Positions 63,789 through 64,000 of a stretch of DNA of 64,000 nucleotides are shown here, piece by piece. Source of the DNA: Phoronis australis. Its lineage: Eukaryota; Animalia; Phoronida. The translations under genes were made by a program, and so were the position numbers. The notes beneath the pieces were generated by a model that saw only the letters and a list, made by a program, of their open reading frames with translations, was not told where the DNA came from and searched no databases. The stretch spans positions 62,001-126,000 of the forward strand of contig NMRA01000492.1 in NCBI GenBank assembly GCA_002633005.1, read 5' to 3'. Each line of letters opens with the position of its first letter. The stretch's first letter is position 1.

Positions 63789-64000
63789 AGGGCCCGGTCT
63801 CCAATCTTTTTACTCGAAATGGAACTCGAAATTAGGTTTGGCATTTTCTACTCTACTTTTGGGCGAAAACAAGATAAGTGTCTATTATTCTATGCTCGAC
63901 TACACAACAACTTACGTAGATAATTTATTGCCCTTAGTTCACAGTTTGTAAACCCAATATTAAAGCAATAAGTTCGACTTTGAACTCGAAAGTTCGAGTT
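63789..64000 (+). mobile_element. GGGCCCGG-terminated MITE running off the window end
   Basis: First ~135 bp nearly identical to 16160-16294. Confidence 0.65.

Overview
Repeat-rich, AT-rich eukaryotic genomic DNA, probably from an invertebrate animal (spliceosomal GT-AG introns, LINEs, MITEs, microsatellites, scaffold Ns). I see no prokaryotic operons, rRNA, intact tRNA genes or CRISPR arrays. Host genes: (i) two minus-strand exons of a CNG/KCNH-like cation channel (18811-18067, 17247-17020), with the rest not found in the window; (ii) two tandem 5-exon plus-strand paralogues (28338-35491, 43906-52475) of a secreted short-chain collagen C4/spongin-related protein. The rest is mostly mobile DNA: a decayed R1/LOA-like LINE split inside its RNase H domain by a 4.6-kb ISL2EU-like TIR element, an internally deleted Academ element, an unclassified 3.3-kb TIR element with a 6-bp TSD and zinc-finger relics, a 5-bp-TSD MITE family with a nested inner MITE, and Tx1-like LINE fragments. 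Two local duplications at single Ns look like assembly artefacts. All family names come from motif recognition by eye, with no database search. I found no clear new multi-gene system; the 6-bp-TSD element is the best novelty candidate.
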